Shown one piece after another: positions 62,959-64,000 of a stretch of 64,000 nucleotides of DNA; within the stretch, counting starts at the first letter, position 1; the number at the start of each line of letters is the position of its first letter. The DNA comes from Chiloscyllium plagiosum. Its lineage: Eukaryota. The position numbers and the translations under genes were made by a program. The stretch lies in assembly GCF_004010195.1 (NCBI RefSeq), contig NC_057751.1, forward strand, positions 4,596,161-4,660,160, in the 5' to 3' direction. A model generated the notes under the pieces. That model made no database searches, was not told the origin of the DNA, and saw nothing but the letters and a program-made list of their open reading frames with translations.

Positions 62959-62972
62959 TTTGACCAAACAAG

Positions 62973-63212
62973 TCCACACCGACCCTCCAAAGAGCAACCC
63001 ACCCAGTCCCACCGGCTAATGCACTTAGCACTATGGGCAATTTAGCATGGCCAATTCACCTGACCTACATATCTTTGGATTGTGGGAGGAAACCCATGCA
63101 GATACAGGGACAATGTGTAAACTCCACACAGGCAGTCGCTCAAGGCTGGAATCGAACCTGGGACCCTGGTGTTGTGAGGCAGCAGTGATAACCACTGAGC
63201 CACCATGCCACC
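62973..63212 (-). mobile_element. V-SINE/HE1-like SINE (tail extends to ~62700, split by insertion)
   Basis: Minus strand gggtggcatggtggctcagtggtt A box, ggttcgattcc B box, V-domain core. Confidence 0.88.
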
Positions 63213-63913
63213 CGAAAATGTCCTTACCATGTGGGTTACCTGTCTGCCAGACCCATGTGAACTTATGTTCAAGAAGCAGCCACTTCAAGCTGGCCTCCCA
63301 GAAAGGACAAAGGAAGGAGTTTTTTAAAAAGAAAATAAGATGCAGTGCAGACATGAGTCTAAAATGTGCAAAAGAAAAGCAAATGGACCAGTCACTAGAC
63401 TATGGGTGTCACTGGTAGCAGTGATGTTGGCAATTGAGCAGTTGTTTTTGTGAACCTTGTGACATTCTGTTGTTCTGAATACTTTCAGAATGAGAGAGTC
63501 TTTCACATTTGTTCTACCTGCAGTGTGGGAATGTTTAATGCAGCAGTTCTCAATGCTGTGGCCCTCTCAGCACTGTAATCTACACGTTAGAACTGGGTCC
63601 AGCCAGTAGAACACAGAGCCTGGTGTTGCAGTCAGTTTTGAACACCTTCTGTTTGCATATTCCTGAAGGGTTAAACACATGCTTCTTCAAGAGCCAACTT
63701 TCTGTTGAGTGGGTAATAACGCACACCCCATTATCTCTTGTTTTATGTCTTTCCTTGTCTGAACAAAGAACAATATAGCACAAGAACAAGCCCTTCAGCC
63801 CTCCAAGCCTGCACCAACACATTTTGCCTTTCCATACTAAAACCATTTTCCCCTACAGGATCTGTATCCCTCTATTCCCTTCCTATTCATGTACTTATCC
63901 AGGTACTTCTTGA

Positions 63914-64000
63914 AGGAGAAAGTGAGGGCTGCAGATGCTGGAGATCAGAGCTGAAAAATGTGTTGCTGGAAAAGCGCAGCAGGTCAGGCAGCATCCAAGG
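63914..64000. mobile_element. Start of another Penelope-like palindromic insertion (cut by window edge)
   Basis: ggagaaagtgagggctgcagatgctggagatcagagctg...ggaaaagcgcagcaggtcaggcagcatcc matches the reverse complement of ~4870-4953. Confidence 0.85.

Overview
Repeat-rich vertebrate genomic DNA. The repeat complement (V-SINE/HE1-like SINEs, CR1/L2 LINEs, Penelope-like elements) suggests a cartilaginous fish, probably a shark (inference). There are three assembly gaps (8861-9047, 36265-37025, 58056-58345). The only well-supported gene is the 5' part of a minus-strand ADAM8/ADAM28-type metalloprotease-disintegrin. Seven coding exons (14942 down to 593) have GT-AG sites and compatible phases, and encode the signal peptide, the prodomain with a cysteine switch (KTCGV) and the start of the catalytic domain; the gene continues beyond the left edge. 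The rest is retroelement fragments, solo LTRs and large minisatellites (47 bp, 5 bp, 23 bp, ~28 bp). Most notable: (i) many Penelope-derived inverted-repeat insertions, several with TSDs, carrying minimal hammerhead-ribozyme-like motifs with a conserved core and stems that differ between families but still pair; (ii) a ~970 bp near-identical inverted duplication 26 kb apart; (iii) a 64 bp templated inverted insertion; (iv) possible relics of a GPR139-like GPCR and of histone H2B; (v) myeloid-type regulatory motifs upstream of the ADAM gene. Family assignments come from recalled sequences and motifs, not database searches, and repeat boundaries are approximate.
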